Shown: positions 21,753 to 33,800 of the stretch, piece by piece | Layout: each line of letters opens with the position of its first letter | Position numbering within the stretch: the first letter of the stretch is position 1 | Source: Caecitellus pseudoparvulus | Lineage: Eukaryota > Protista > Bigyra: Bicosoecida | Length of the DNA stretch: 64,000 nt | Reading direction: 5' to 3' | NCBI GenBank assembly: GCA_965644315.1 | Contig: CBFFRQ010000047.1 | Location: 32,756 to 96,755 of the forward strand | Translations under genes and position numbers: made by a program | Notes under the pieces: model-generated | Seen by the model: only the letters and a program-made list of their open reading frames with translations | Database searches by the model: none | Told to the model about the DNA's origin: nothing

Positions 21753-21759
21753 TGGTGGC

Positions 21760-22059
21760 TCAGCGCTTGCGGCTTCCCACGGCAGGCGCCACAGACAAAG
21801 CAGCAGGCGTGAACCAGCCATACTCAGCTGACGCTGTGACAGGAAGGGGCGGCTTCGCCCGCTCTCTAGCCAACGTCTGCTCCATGAGCTCGATAGACTC
21901 TGCCGCTGGGTGGGTTTCGTGCCCTATCCGGTCTGGCAATGGCTTCAACCTTGATAAGTTGGGCTTGTATGCCAGCTGCTCACCCTGTCCCCTGCGCAGA
22001 GTGTGCACTTCCTTTGCGATCTGCTGCCTCCAAACGAGGTTCTTGCCGATTTCGTCCAT
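21760..22059 (-). CDS. FAM183/CFAP144-like ciliary microtubule inner protein (putative)
   Basis: MDEIGKNLVWRQQIAKE...YKPN...PLPVTASAEYGWF resembles the N.IWRE...KE and P.T..QE.GW motifs of FAM183/CFAP144. Start codon choice is uncertain. Confidence 0.55.
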   Translation of the reverse strand: MDEIGKNLVWRQQIAKEVHTLRRGQGEQLAYKPNLSRLKPLPDRIGHETHPAAESIELMEQTLARERAKPPLPVTASAEYGWFTPAALSVAPAVGSRKR

Positions 22060-22662
22060 GTCTTTGCTTGCACTCAGCGCGCATGTGCTACTCGAAGCGT
22101 GCAGGCACTCCGGGTCGCCGCAGGTCACACCTGGCAACGCAGGAAGCACCACACGCTTGTGGGGTGCAGGACACTTCCTCTTCGGCCTTTGACTGCAAGC
22201 CGAGAGTCGATCAGTCTCTGCGTTGTGGATGGTTTGTTCACTGGCTGCCTTTGCACTTCTGGGGTGCCGATTCCTCATCGCGCGCTTCCCCTCCCCGCCA
22301 ACTGCTCGCCCTGAAGAAACACAGCCCCCAAAGTTAGACCCGGCTCATCTGAACCAATCCTGGCATCCAGACCATTTCCCTCGCTTCCTCGACACTTCCT
22401 GCTGACCGGCCAATCTCTCACTCCAAGCGACTTGCTCTTTGCTGCCGTGGGAACCGCGCAAGGACAGCGGCACAAAGTGCTTCAGGCATTTTTCGCGCCC
22501 GCTGCTTGCTGAAAAGGCCAGCGATGCCATTCGATTCAGCACTCGCGAGCGCTAGTTCCAGCATGCCCTTGAACCACAACGGCAATGATGCGCAATTCGG
22601 TGTGCATTGACACCGCCCAGCTGCGAGTCGTGCCATTGACCCAGGCTACCCCGATAGCCCCT

Positions 22663-24609
22663 TCAGCCGGACAGCGCTGAGCGGACAGGAACGGAGTCGC
22701 CCGCGTGCCTCTGGCGCTGCAGGCGGGTCGCGATGTCCATGAACTTGGCAGCCGCTTCGACTGCCTCCCTTCTAGGCAAGCCGCTGCCCCACAACACCTT
22801 CTCAGCAAGGCGCTCCCATTGGTCGGAGGCAGTTTCCCGCCTCATTTGCAACAAGTACTGCCCCAGCACCTCAGCGTTGGCCAGTGCTGCCTTCTGCAGA
22901 CACCTTGCCGCATGAAATGCCTTCCTTGCCTTCGTGTATGCTGGCACTGCCGAATGCAGGACGTAGTCCTCGACGCGGTGCCTGAGCAAGCCATTCTCCA
23001 CCGTGCAGGGGATGGCATCGTTCACATGCATGTCTAAGGCACCCACAGGCGTGCCTCCAATGAGCAGCACCGTGGCTGGCACATTCGTATCCAGCGGGCT
23101 CCCTGAGTCGGGTGGCAGTGCCGACGGTGGCTGCTGTCGGCTCTCAAAGGCTTCTGCGAGGAGCGGGCGCAGGCTGCACGCGAGCGTACCGCGACATTTT
23201 GCACAGCTTCCGCACCATGAAGTGCTGTGAAGTTCGTCACAGTCAAGGCCTCTTGAAGCTGCCGGGCACTTGCTTCGTGGCCCGGCTCCTGAGCCATGCG
23301 GTGCACCAAGTCCTTCACAAACGCCCACCGGGCGTGAGAACCCTGTGGGGAGTTACAGCCAAGGACAAGTCTCAGGCGAGCAACGCGCACGGGACGCTTT
23401 CCTGACTCACCCTTGGAGCCTGCGGGTGGTGGATTTGCACCAAGTCCACAAATAGCTGCAGTTGTTCTCGGTGACCCGTGCGCCACGCCGCCCGGTCTTC
23501 CAAACGCAGAAGCGTTGGCCACGCATCCACAGCCCCCACGGAAGCCGTAATGGTCACCACTGGCCTTGACTGCTCCACACCAGCTGCGACTTGCATGAAC
23601 AGGTGCCTGCCTGCTGCAGAGTCCACCAGAATGGTCGGGATTCCAATGTCCAGCGCCTCCTCATCTCCAGCTGGCTGCACCAGGCCGACCGTCACTTCCC
23701 TTGGCAAGTCAACTGTTGCAGCAGCCCCATAGCTGCCATAGTTTGCGATGACAGTTGCCAGTCCTCCAGCGCGCTCCACGATTCGGGTCTTGTTGACCAT
23801 GGGACACTCTCCGCGCAGCACGAGCACCAACCTGCACAGGAAAAAGGAGCGCTGGTGTCAACCCTGCAGCCCCAGCTACATCCACACGGCACGCACCGAC
23901 CCTGCAGCTCGTTGAGCTCTGCCGGTGCTGCTTCGGTGCAAGCTAGCACATCGGGAAACATGACAAGCTCCGCGTTGCGCAGGTCCGTCGGGAGAGGTGG
24001 TCCAAACGTTGCCAAAGCGCCTTCAAAAGCAACCCCACCTGGCAGCTGCACCTCCACAGCAGAAGTTGGCGAAGGCTGCTCGGCGGTCGCCTGTGGCTCG
24101 GACCCGGCAGGCTGCGATATCGGCACGCAGCCCTCCCCTGGTGTGTGAGTCTGGACGTGCCCAAGCCGACCCTCCTTGGCAAGCTGAAAGAACACCTCAG
24201 CGGAAGCATTGCGAACCATGATCCCTGGTATGTGTAGGTCGACCATGTCCCCGCTGGCCTTGCCTGCTGGCATTCTGAGGAGGCCCGGCTCGCTGTTCGC
24301 GACGATCAGGAGCGACGCATTGGACGCCTGAGCCTGCACCATTTTGTCATAGAAGCTGCACTTTCCTCTTTGCACCAGCAGGGCGCGCCCATCGGCGCCG
24401 CTAGCCAGTTTACATCCGTGCGTTTCAGCTGGCACCACCACGTCAAGCTTGGCACAGGAGGGGAGGCCACCAAAGTCGGCACGGAAGAACTCAACGCTTG
24501 TGGCGAGCCCGTGAATGTACAGGTTCCCATGAATCATTGTGGCAGGACTTGCGTGCTCGGCCCGAGCTGCTGTCGCTGCTAGGCAGCACAGTAGAGCCAG
24601 TGCCAGCAT
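22663..24609 (-). CDS. Secreted protein with two PA (protease-associated) domains and a degenerate J-domain-like segment
   Basis: Signal peptide MLALALLCCLAATAARA. PA motifs LLVQRGKCSFYDKMVQAQ and LVLRGECPMVNKTRIVE. Introns at 23832-23896 and 23343-23410. The 3' end is uncertain: stop at 23034, or at 22663 via a further intron at about 23134-23189. Confidence 0.7.
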
Positions 24610-24864
24610 ACTTCGTGGTGAAACGCGGTTTGCGCATGTGCCTGCAGAGAGGTGCCACATTCCCCCACGCGTCCTGCGCAAATTCGCACATTTGAAGTCT
24701 CTGAATGTCGCAAGTGAGAAGGGGGTGCATGTTTTGCTCACCTCTCGACCCTGTCCAGCCTCCCAACGCCCGCGCTTGCCGTGACGCACGGGGCAAGTGA
24801 CCTCCACGTGCTTGGCCTCCTGCCTGGTCAACCTGGGAAACCCGCGCAAGATTCCAGCACGCTA

Positions 24865-27800
24865 ATGCCCCCCACCAACGTGGTCGTTTGCACTGCGCTG
24901 CTGCAGCTTGCCTGGCTGTGGGGGCAAAGCGCGGCAGCAGATTGGAGGTGCGTGCACCTTTCAGTCAAGGCGGAAGCGAGCTTCCGCACACACACTTCGT
25001 CCTGCTCAGGCAAGGGGCCCTGTACTGGCGGAAGCAAGGCAGTTCGAGTGTTTTCCTTGAGTTGCATGTCGAACTGTAGGTACTGCCTACGCCCACGGCT
25101 GCTACAGCCAAGCTGACGCCATCCATTTGCCTGCGTTGCACAGGGAAGCCACCACAGTTAGCCTGGTGCCATTGTCTGAAGGGTACGTGCACCTCACCGC
25201 AAGGCCTGCATACGTCTTGCACTGACTTTCCCCACATCACATGAGACAGACAGGTTGACTTTGGGGATGGAACACCCATCACGACGTTGACTCGGCAAGG
25301 GAGTGCACAAGCAGGGCATGCTGGGAGGGTCGTGGCCACATTCGGCACTGCACACACATACTCTACGCTGGGGGTTTATGACTGCACGTTCAACTCCTCG
25401 TCGCTCAGAGGAAGCAGCTGGGCGCCTGCAGCCATGGCCGGTCAGCCAGCACAACTCAGCACACGTGTCAACCTACTTGCCCTCCCAAACAACCCAGCAC
25501 CTCCCATCCCACTCGCGCCGATAGGGCTGAGGCTGCTTGCTGAGCAGAATGCTAGAGTTTACGTCCATGCGACTGATCCCCAGTCCCGAGGGCCGAACAT
25601 CGGCGTCACGTTCTCCTATGATCCAGACCACAGGATGCCCCCCATCACGAGCGGCTTTGAGATGATGCTGGCCGAAGCCCTTCTGTTTCTGGACGCAAGA
25701 GAAGCCCAGCTGGCTTCTGGACTCGGGCTCTACTCCATCCCAATTCGCGTTGCTGATGCTGATCACTTCTCTGAGCTGGATCTTGCGGTGGAGTTCGTGG
25801 TAGCCAACGGCCGCTGTGAGTCTGCGGTGGATGCGACTGGCGCAAGCACCTGTCGAGCCTCAGACACCGACACTTCCTGCACGAGCACGTCGACTTGCAC
25901 TTCTTGTACCTCCTTGCTGGCATGCACGCCGCAGCGCGCAGCATTCTTCACCAGTGCAGGCCTAGATAGCCTTGTGTGTCTGCAGACAGGCGGTGCCGCC
26001 GAGACCTTCAACCTGCTGGCGGAGCACGTTTCCAGCACGTCCCCACAAGTCTTGTTGGGTGTCGGCGCCCCGGCAGCCCAAGGAGCGACAGTCGCATCAG
26101 TGTCCCAACTGACCTCTTCTACAGTCAGTGTAGAGATTGAGCTGAACCCGACCAATGCGGCGCCGGGAATCCGCAGCCTACCTGTGCAACTGGCGACCAG
26201 CGACACTGCTTCACAGCCAGCCGCTCCCAGGCTGTTGACGTACCTGCTGGAAGACTCTTCTGCGCCGTTTGCAGCCCCAACGGCTGTGGCAAGCGTCTTT
26301 CCTGCCACGTACACTGCAACGGGCGCCACTTCCGTCGCCGTGTCGGGCAGTGGCTTCCTCAACACCGCTGGGCTGCAGTGTCAGTTCCGCCTGGACGGCC
26401 AGACTAAGGTGGTCACCACGTCGGCGACCTTCTCTAGTGCTAGTGTAGTGCTTTGCACACTTCCAAAGCGGGCCGACTTACACGACGCGGGTCTGGACGA
26501 CGAAACCGTCACCAGCGTGGCAGTCTCGGTGAGCAACTTCGGACCTTGCGGAGCCCACACCTTTGCAACGCTCACAGGGGCTTTCAATTACGTCAACGCA
26601 TGCCCAGCAGGACACCACCTGAACTCTGCAAAGACAGCCTGTGTTGCGTGCCCCGCGGGGCGGTACAATCCCAACACTGGCTCTGAAAGCAGCAGCGCCT
26701 GCATCGCTTGTGCTGCGGGACGGTACGGAGACTCAGAAGGAGAAGCATCCGAAGACTGCACTGCTGTGTGCCCAGCTGGCTTCTACTGCCCCGAGGGCTC
26801 TGCCTCTGGCACTTCTACGCCCTGTGCGCCAGGCTTCTTTGGCGTGGAAGGGCGTTCAACCCCCTCTTGCTCTGGCCAGTGCGCCCCGGGACACTTCTGC
26901 AACCCAGCATTCGGCCCGCAGACAACTGCAACACCGTCAGGCCAACTCTGCAGTCCTGGAAAGTATGGAAAGGAGGGTGAAGTCAACGCAGCATGTTATG
27001 GGACGTGCTTTGCAGGTCACTTCTGCCCACAAGGCACCTCGGAAGCCACGATGCTAGTCAACACTTGTGGCTCTGGCGCGGCAGCTTGCGGTCCTGGCGC
27101 GATACCTCGGACGACCTACTGCCCATACGGCTCGCATCAAGTAAGCTGCGCTGTACCGGGGAGGTACACCAGAGGTGGATACAGCGATGGAACCCAAACT
27201 GGCTTGGGGACGGCTTGGGCGGGCCGCTATGCGACCGGGGACGGCGTGCTCCGCCCTTGCCCTGCAGGCAGGTATGGCAACGTGAACAGCCAAACAAGCG
27301 CAGCTTGCACAGGGCTTTGTCGGCGTGGGTATCACTGCCCAGAGGCATCCGACTACCCAACGTTTCGGAAGTGCACTGAGGGCCTTGGGGGAGACTATGA
27401 GACCAACCCTGCTGCGTACTACTGCTTGGAAGGCACGACACCACCAAGTGGTTGTGCTACGTGCTTCCCAGAGACAGGGCCGAAGCATGTGAATGCGTCG
27501 TACTACTCAACTCCTGACGGTTCTTCCTCAGATGAAAAAACTCGCACAGGGCAGGCTCCTTGCTCTGAGAGAGAGGTGTGCATCTACGAAACCGGACTTC
27601 GGCGGGCCAGACTGGAGATCACGAGCGGCAGCTGCCAAACCGGCTACCTCACTCGGTATCAAACTTGGAACCCTGATACGCACGTGGCACTCTCAGAGAA
27701 TCAAGACGTTGGGACCGCTGTCATTGACATCCCTATCCGCACCTGGGTGGCAGGTGCCGTGCCCACTTCAACCATTGTCGTGCACGAAGCACTCAGCACC

Positions 27801-30800
27801 TCTGGAGTGCCGACGACAGACTGCGGTAGTGGGTTTGCTGATGAACGCATGTTTCATCTTGACGTCGTGAACGAAGGAGGGGACCCCCCGACGTACCGGC
27901 TGCAAGTGTCCACAGCCGCGTGGCACAACTTCGAGCGCTGCTCTTCAGTGAGCATGTCTCTGGAGACAACCGTCGTGGACAGTGCCAACTTCTCCTCCAG
28001 TCTTTCTTGCCTTGTTGAATACCAAATCAGAAACTTGAATGACCCTGTGGAGTTTCAAAAATCCCTACTGGAGCGCAGTATCCCAGAACTGTCTGAGCAA
28101 GGTGACGCAGCGGGAGCAGAGGTGTCCCGTTCCTCTTCCCTCGAAGACCTTGGCTCGCCTGGCCTCGAACTGTTCGATGAGGACGCCTTTCAAGGCATGA
28201 ATTTTTCCATAGTGTCTGGGAATGAGCAAGATCTATGGCTCATGCTGTCTTGCTCCGGCCAAGTCAAGGCCAAGCAGCAAGACTCTTCACTGCTCAGCTT
28301 CGAGGACCAGCCAGTGCACACTCTCGGCATCCAAGTATGTGACGATGGGCGACCTGACTCAAACATCACTTGCGATACATCGGTTGTGAACATCACCTTG
28401 ACTGATGTGAACGAGCCACCTGTGTTTACCGGGCCGTCTTTCATCCTCGCCGTGGCAGAGAATAGCCCGGCCGGCACGCTCATGACACCTGCAAAGCCAC
28501 CTCTGCTTGACCCCGACTTCCCCACCTATCTGTCCAACAGCGAAAGTGAATACTCCATTCTAGACGATGGGGGGGGGCTGCTGCAGGTTGTTGGCGGGGA
28601 GTATGTCGCCACAAGTGAGCTGGACTACGAGGCTGTCGTGGCAGCACGGGCCTCTGACTCCATTTTCATTGTGCTCCAAGCGTGTGACAAGATGGAACCA
28701 AACCCCGCATGCTCCTCGTCAAACTTTCGCTTCAACGTCCTTGATGCAAACGACCCCCCCATCGTGCCAGCGCAGAGCCTCTCCATTGCGGAAAACGCGG
28801 CCAACGACACAGTCGTCGGATCAGTCTTCTCCCTGGACCAGGACTTCAATGCCAACCACTCCTTCTCCATCGTGAGCTGGCAAGCAGGAACCAACTGGAC
28901 GCAGCCAGAACTGAACCCCTTCTTCAAAAACGTGACCCTCCCCGTTGAGGAGAACCCATTCTATCTGGGGACGCCTCAGCGCTTGCCAGGACTCCCAGGC
29001 CAGCCTCAGACACGATGGGAGGCGAAGGTGTACTTCAGGGGCCCTCCACATGCTATGGACTTTGAGAACGTCGCCATCTACCTGCTAGAAGTGGAAGTGG
29101 CGGACTCTGGCCACATATCTGCCTCTGCCCTGCAGGCAAGCCCAAGCGCTCTCGCACCGCTTTCCTCAGCAGGAACTCTACAAGTGCTGCTCATTGACGT
29201 GAATGAACCGCCAGAGCTGCAGGACAGCACGGTTTCTATCTCAGAGAATCTTCCCCCAGGCTCCCCGTGCACTGTGCTGCCTGCTCCCTCCACGTGCGCG
29301 TCCTGCATTCGTGCAAGTGAGCCAGACTCTGGGCCAGGAGGTCGGCCAGCGAGCGGCCACAACCCGCAGGTCATTCAGTACGCCCTGCTGAATGCTGCCA
29401 GCGTCCCGTTTGCCATTGATGTTTTCACAGGCGAGTTGACTTCCACGTCCACGCTGAATTTTGAGGGCTCTGCATCATACACGCTGACCATCAGCGCCAG
29501 CGACGCACCTCCCACCGGACCTCCTCTGTCCCAGAGCAAAGATATCACTGTCAACGTCATTAACATGAATGAGCCGCCAATCCTCACTGAGGGTCAGTCG
29601 TTTTCAGTTGCAGAGAACTCTGCGGGTGGCACAGTCGTGGGGACGGTCGACATGCTCGACCCGGATTTCCTCTCCACGGTGGGGGGAGCCGAGAGTCATA
29701 GCTGGAGCATCGAGCCACCTCACGATGCCTTTTCAATCTCGCCGACAGGGAGTATCCTCGTTGTAGCCGATGCGTTGACGACGCCTCGTGCCTCCACCCT
29801 TGACTTTGAGGTGTTGAACTTTGTTCAGCTCTCCGTTGCAGTGCAGGACCTGGCCGGCAGCAATGACACAACCACCGTCTCCATCAGCATCACTGACGTG
29901 AACGAGCCGCCTCTTCCAACGACAGGAACGCTACGCTTCTCAGATCTGCAGGAACCCTACATGATTGGCCGTCTCTCCGCTGTGGACTCAGAGCAAGCAC
30001 CCGTCTCTCTGGTGTTCTCCCATGTTGATGTCGCTGGTGTGGGCAACCTCTCAACCGCTCAATGTCAAACCCTGTTCCCACCCGCATCGGTGGCCATGAG
30101 TGGTGACGTAACCCTGCAGGCTGCAACGAAGCCCAGCATGTACTTTCGCAACGAGACCTGGTGCAACTTGACGTACTCGGTGACCGACGGTACATTCTCG
30201 GTGCAGCACTGGGCGCTTCTTGAACTCATGCCGTACAACGATCCTCCCATTATCGCGATGGGTGGGCATGTCGTTGTTCCTGAAGATGTTGGAACATCCA
30301 CTCCCATTGTCCCCTTCATCTCGTGGTCTGACGGCAACATGGCCACAGACGTGCACGAGTGGGTGATCACTTCGAGTGACCCCGCTTCAGGCCGCTCCCG
30401 CTTCAGAGTATCCAGCGGGGCTCAGATTTTTGTGAGATCCTCTCTGAACTTTGAAGACCCTGACTTGTTGGCAGCAGGGGGGAACTACTCACTGACGGTG
30501 CGAGTCACGGACAAGATGGGGATGTTTGACGAAGCAGAGTTCATTGTCACTGTGACAAACGTCAACGAAGCTCCTTTCGTGGTGCCAGTCTTTGAGCAAG
30601 CATGCACAGAGGAGAGTGAAGAGGGCCACCAAGTCGCGGTCCTATCAGCTGTGGATGATGACCTTGGAGACACCCACACATGGGCCATCGAGCCCCTTCA
30701 CGTCACCAACGCAGGAGCGTTTCCGCTGCGCATCAATGCCAGCACGGGAGAATTAAGCATCTCAGGAGCAGCTCTAGTGAACATGAGTCTAGCTGAGGCG

Positions 30801-33800
30801 CTGGACTTTGAGGGGTTTTGGGGCGGCGTTGTTCCAGTGCGTGTGACGGTGACCGATTCAGCTACCGCCCCGCTCTCCTCCACACTTCTCACCAGCATTC
30901 AAGTGGCAGACATCAATGAGAAGCCTTTTTTCTCTGTCCTTCCTGAACCCTCTCTGCCTGAGAGCGCTGTGGGAGTTGGTGCCGTCATCACCCGAGTGCA
31001 AGTGCAAGACCCAGATGTTGCCCCAGTAAACGCTTCGTGGTCTGCAATGACAATCTCCCTGGTGGCTGTTGATGGCGCTACGCAACAGACATTCTCCGTG
31101 CACCCAACCAGTGGTGACATCAGTGTGAACTTGCCCTCTCTGGATTTCGAGCTGAATGACGTAGTGGTCATCACGTTGCAAGTTACAGACGGTGCCGGCC
31201 TCGCCTCGCTGGGAAATGTGACACTTCGCCTGACCAACGTCAACGACGTCCAAGTGAGTTCTGTGAAGATGCTTCATCGCGCCGGAGGCGTGGATATGCT
31301 GCATACTAACGGAAGTGATGTGCTGCTTCTGACTGGTGCAAACCTTGGATATGCTGACGGGCAGCGAGAAAGCGCGATCTTTCTGAAAGTATCCTGCCCT
31401 GACCCGACGAAGTGTGTCCCCCAAAGCATCACGAACTGCTCGCAGATGGCGCATGGCAATAACACTGCCGTTCTTTGCTCCGTCCCCCAGGGCGTCGGCA
31501 AGGATTTGCACGCTGCACTGCTGGTGGACCTCGGCCTGTCGGGAAGCCCAGACTTCGGCAGCCTCCCGCGCACTCTAGGGTACTCCCCGCCCCTCCTGCA
31601 TGAGGTCATCAATGCTGACAGCATGAACACGAGAGGGGGCGATACGGTCGTCTTGCGGGGGGAAAACTTTGGCCCCTTGCACATGCTGGCGGCTGGGTGG
31701 CATGAAGCAACATACGCCCGCTCAGCGAGCCCCGCAGCATTGCGTAGTGTGTACACGGCCGTTGCGTGCAACACAACTGCAAGCCATGTAGAAATAGAGT
31801 GCCGCTCTGTCCAGGGCGTGGGAGGCGGGCTTCAATGGCAGCTTCGATCCGCGGGTCAAGCATCTGCCCTGGCCCCGCAGGAGACCTCGTATGCCATCCC
31901 CCAGGTCCACTCTGTCACCACGGTCCCGTCAGCGCCGGTACTGGCGAGCGAGTGCGGAGGAAGCGATACGCTGCCTGCGAATAAACTCATGTCCACGGCT
32001 GGAGGTGAAATGCTGGTGATTCGGGGCGACTTCTTTGGGGGCTTCTTTGGTGGGACTCAAGAGGGCGCGACCACAGTTCGCTTGGCTCCCCGAGCCCCCA
32101 CCGCCCCGGACTTCTCACCCCCAATCTACTCAGCCACATCATGTGTGTTGACCGATGAACACCAGGAAATACGCTGCATGACTCCCTCCGGCGCGGGCGC
32201 AGCCATACACGTGCAGGTGACCGTTGCAGCCTTGTCGAGCGCACTGAACTCTTCCTCACAGTCCGTTGTGCAGTTTAGAGCGCCTCGGATTGTTGGTGTC
32301 CAGGGCCCGGCGACTGACGAATTCGAGCCTCCAGAGGACTTGAAAACAGAGGGCATGGATGTCATTGTCGTCCGAGGTGATCAGCTTGGGCAGTTCTCCG
32401 GTCTAAATATCGAAGAAGATGTTGTTGTCACGTACGGGCCGCCTGCGGACCCGTTCCGATACACCGCAACAGACTGCGGCCTGACACAGCCAAGCAGTCC
32501 AGCGGAGGGGGTGTACGGTTCCATCCAATGCTCTTCGTCAGCCGGTGTAGGGAAGGGGCTGTCCGTCACCGCCACGGTGCGCGGACAGCTAGATGTGTGT
32601 GCAGCCTCTGGGCAGCCGTTACCATCGACACTGGCGTATGCCCCCCCATCAATTCGGTTGTACGAAGGTCCAGGCAGCTCAGATGCGGCGACTGTCGGCG
32701 GCCAGGAGGTCAGAATCAAAGGGGGCCAGTTTGGTCCCCAGGACAACCACACCGTTGTGGAGCGAGTGCAGTACTTCAACGGAGACGCAATGGCAGCGTT
32801 TGAAGAGCAGCAGGCACTTGTAAGTGCTGGATATGGTGGAAATGCGAGTAAGTATGTGCAGGATACTGGGGAGGAGCTGCTGCGTCCACCTGCAGTGTTC
32901 ACAGCTAAAAACTGTACCCTGACGGGCGCTCACGTGGAGATCACTTGCCGAACAGGACAGGGGGCGGGGGAGAACTTGCGGTGGCGCGTGACGATTGGAA
33001 ACCAGACTTCCACAGATAAAACTTCCAGCTATGATCCGCCGAAAATTCTGCTCGTGGGCCCAACGGCCCTTCCTGGCAGGGGTGGCGACACTGTGTCTCT
33101 CCATGGGATCAACTTTGGCCCATCCGACCAAGCTTCAGTTGGCACGTTCTTGGATTTTGTGAGCTTCGGAGCTGATCACTCCAGGCCATCTGCTGCTGAC
33201 TACCTCCCATTGGACTGCTCTGTGTGGTCTGAGGGGCACTTCGGCATCAACTGCACGCTGCCGCCGGGCTGGTCCCCTCCCGAAGCAGCAAGCCGGCCTG
33301 AACTACAGTACGCGTGGCACCTGTCGGTACGGGGGCAACCTGACGTCAAGGACACACAGTTTCCTGGGTCAGCCATCTCCATCCGAGACAAGTGGCACTA
33401 CGCCAGTCCTGAGCTGCTGTGGTTGGAGGACGATTCTGGCTTGAACACGGTGTCAGGAGAAGTTGGAGTGAACCCGTTCACTTCAGCATTGCGAGACAAC
33501 AAGCCGGGCGCACCTCACTACATGCGCATTGTGGGCAAGAACCTTGGTGTGCAGGACACTGCACGGGTTTCACTCTCTGTGCACATACTTGACACAGCCC
33601 TGCCGTTCACAACGTACTCTGCTAGCTTCTCTGGGGTTGAGCTCGATGTCCTCAGGGTGGAAATTCCCGTCGGGCATGGAGTTGACATTCCTGTCACTGT
33701 CACTGCGAGGCACAGTATGTTTCCGGGGATGGTTTTCACCATTCCGTCAGCCAGCCCGCTGCAGTTCTCATACAGACGCCCACAGCTCAACCTCATCAAG

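Noticed and set aside
22060-22660. Additional gene in the ~600-bp gap
   Set aside because: Only short ORFs without motifs; more likely UTR or promoter sequence (two CCAAT words), which is not enough to call a feature.
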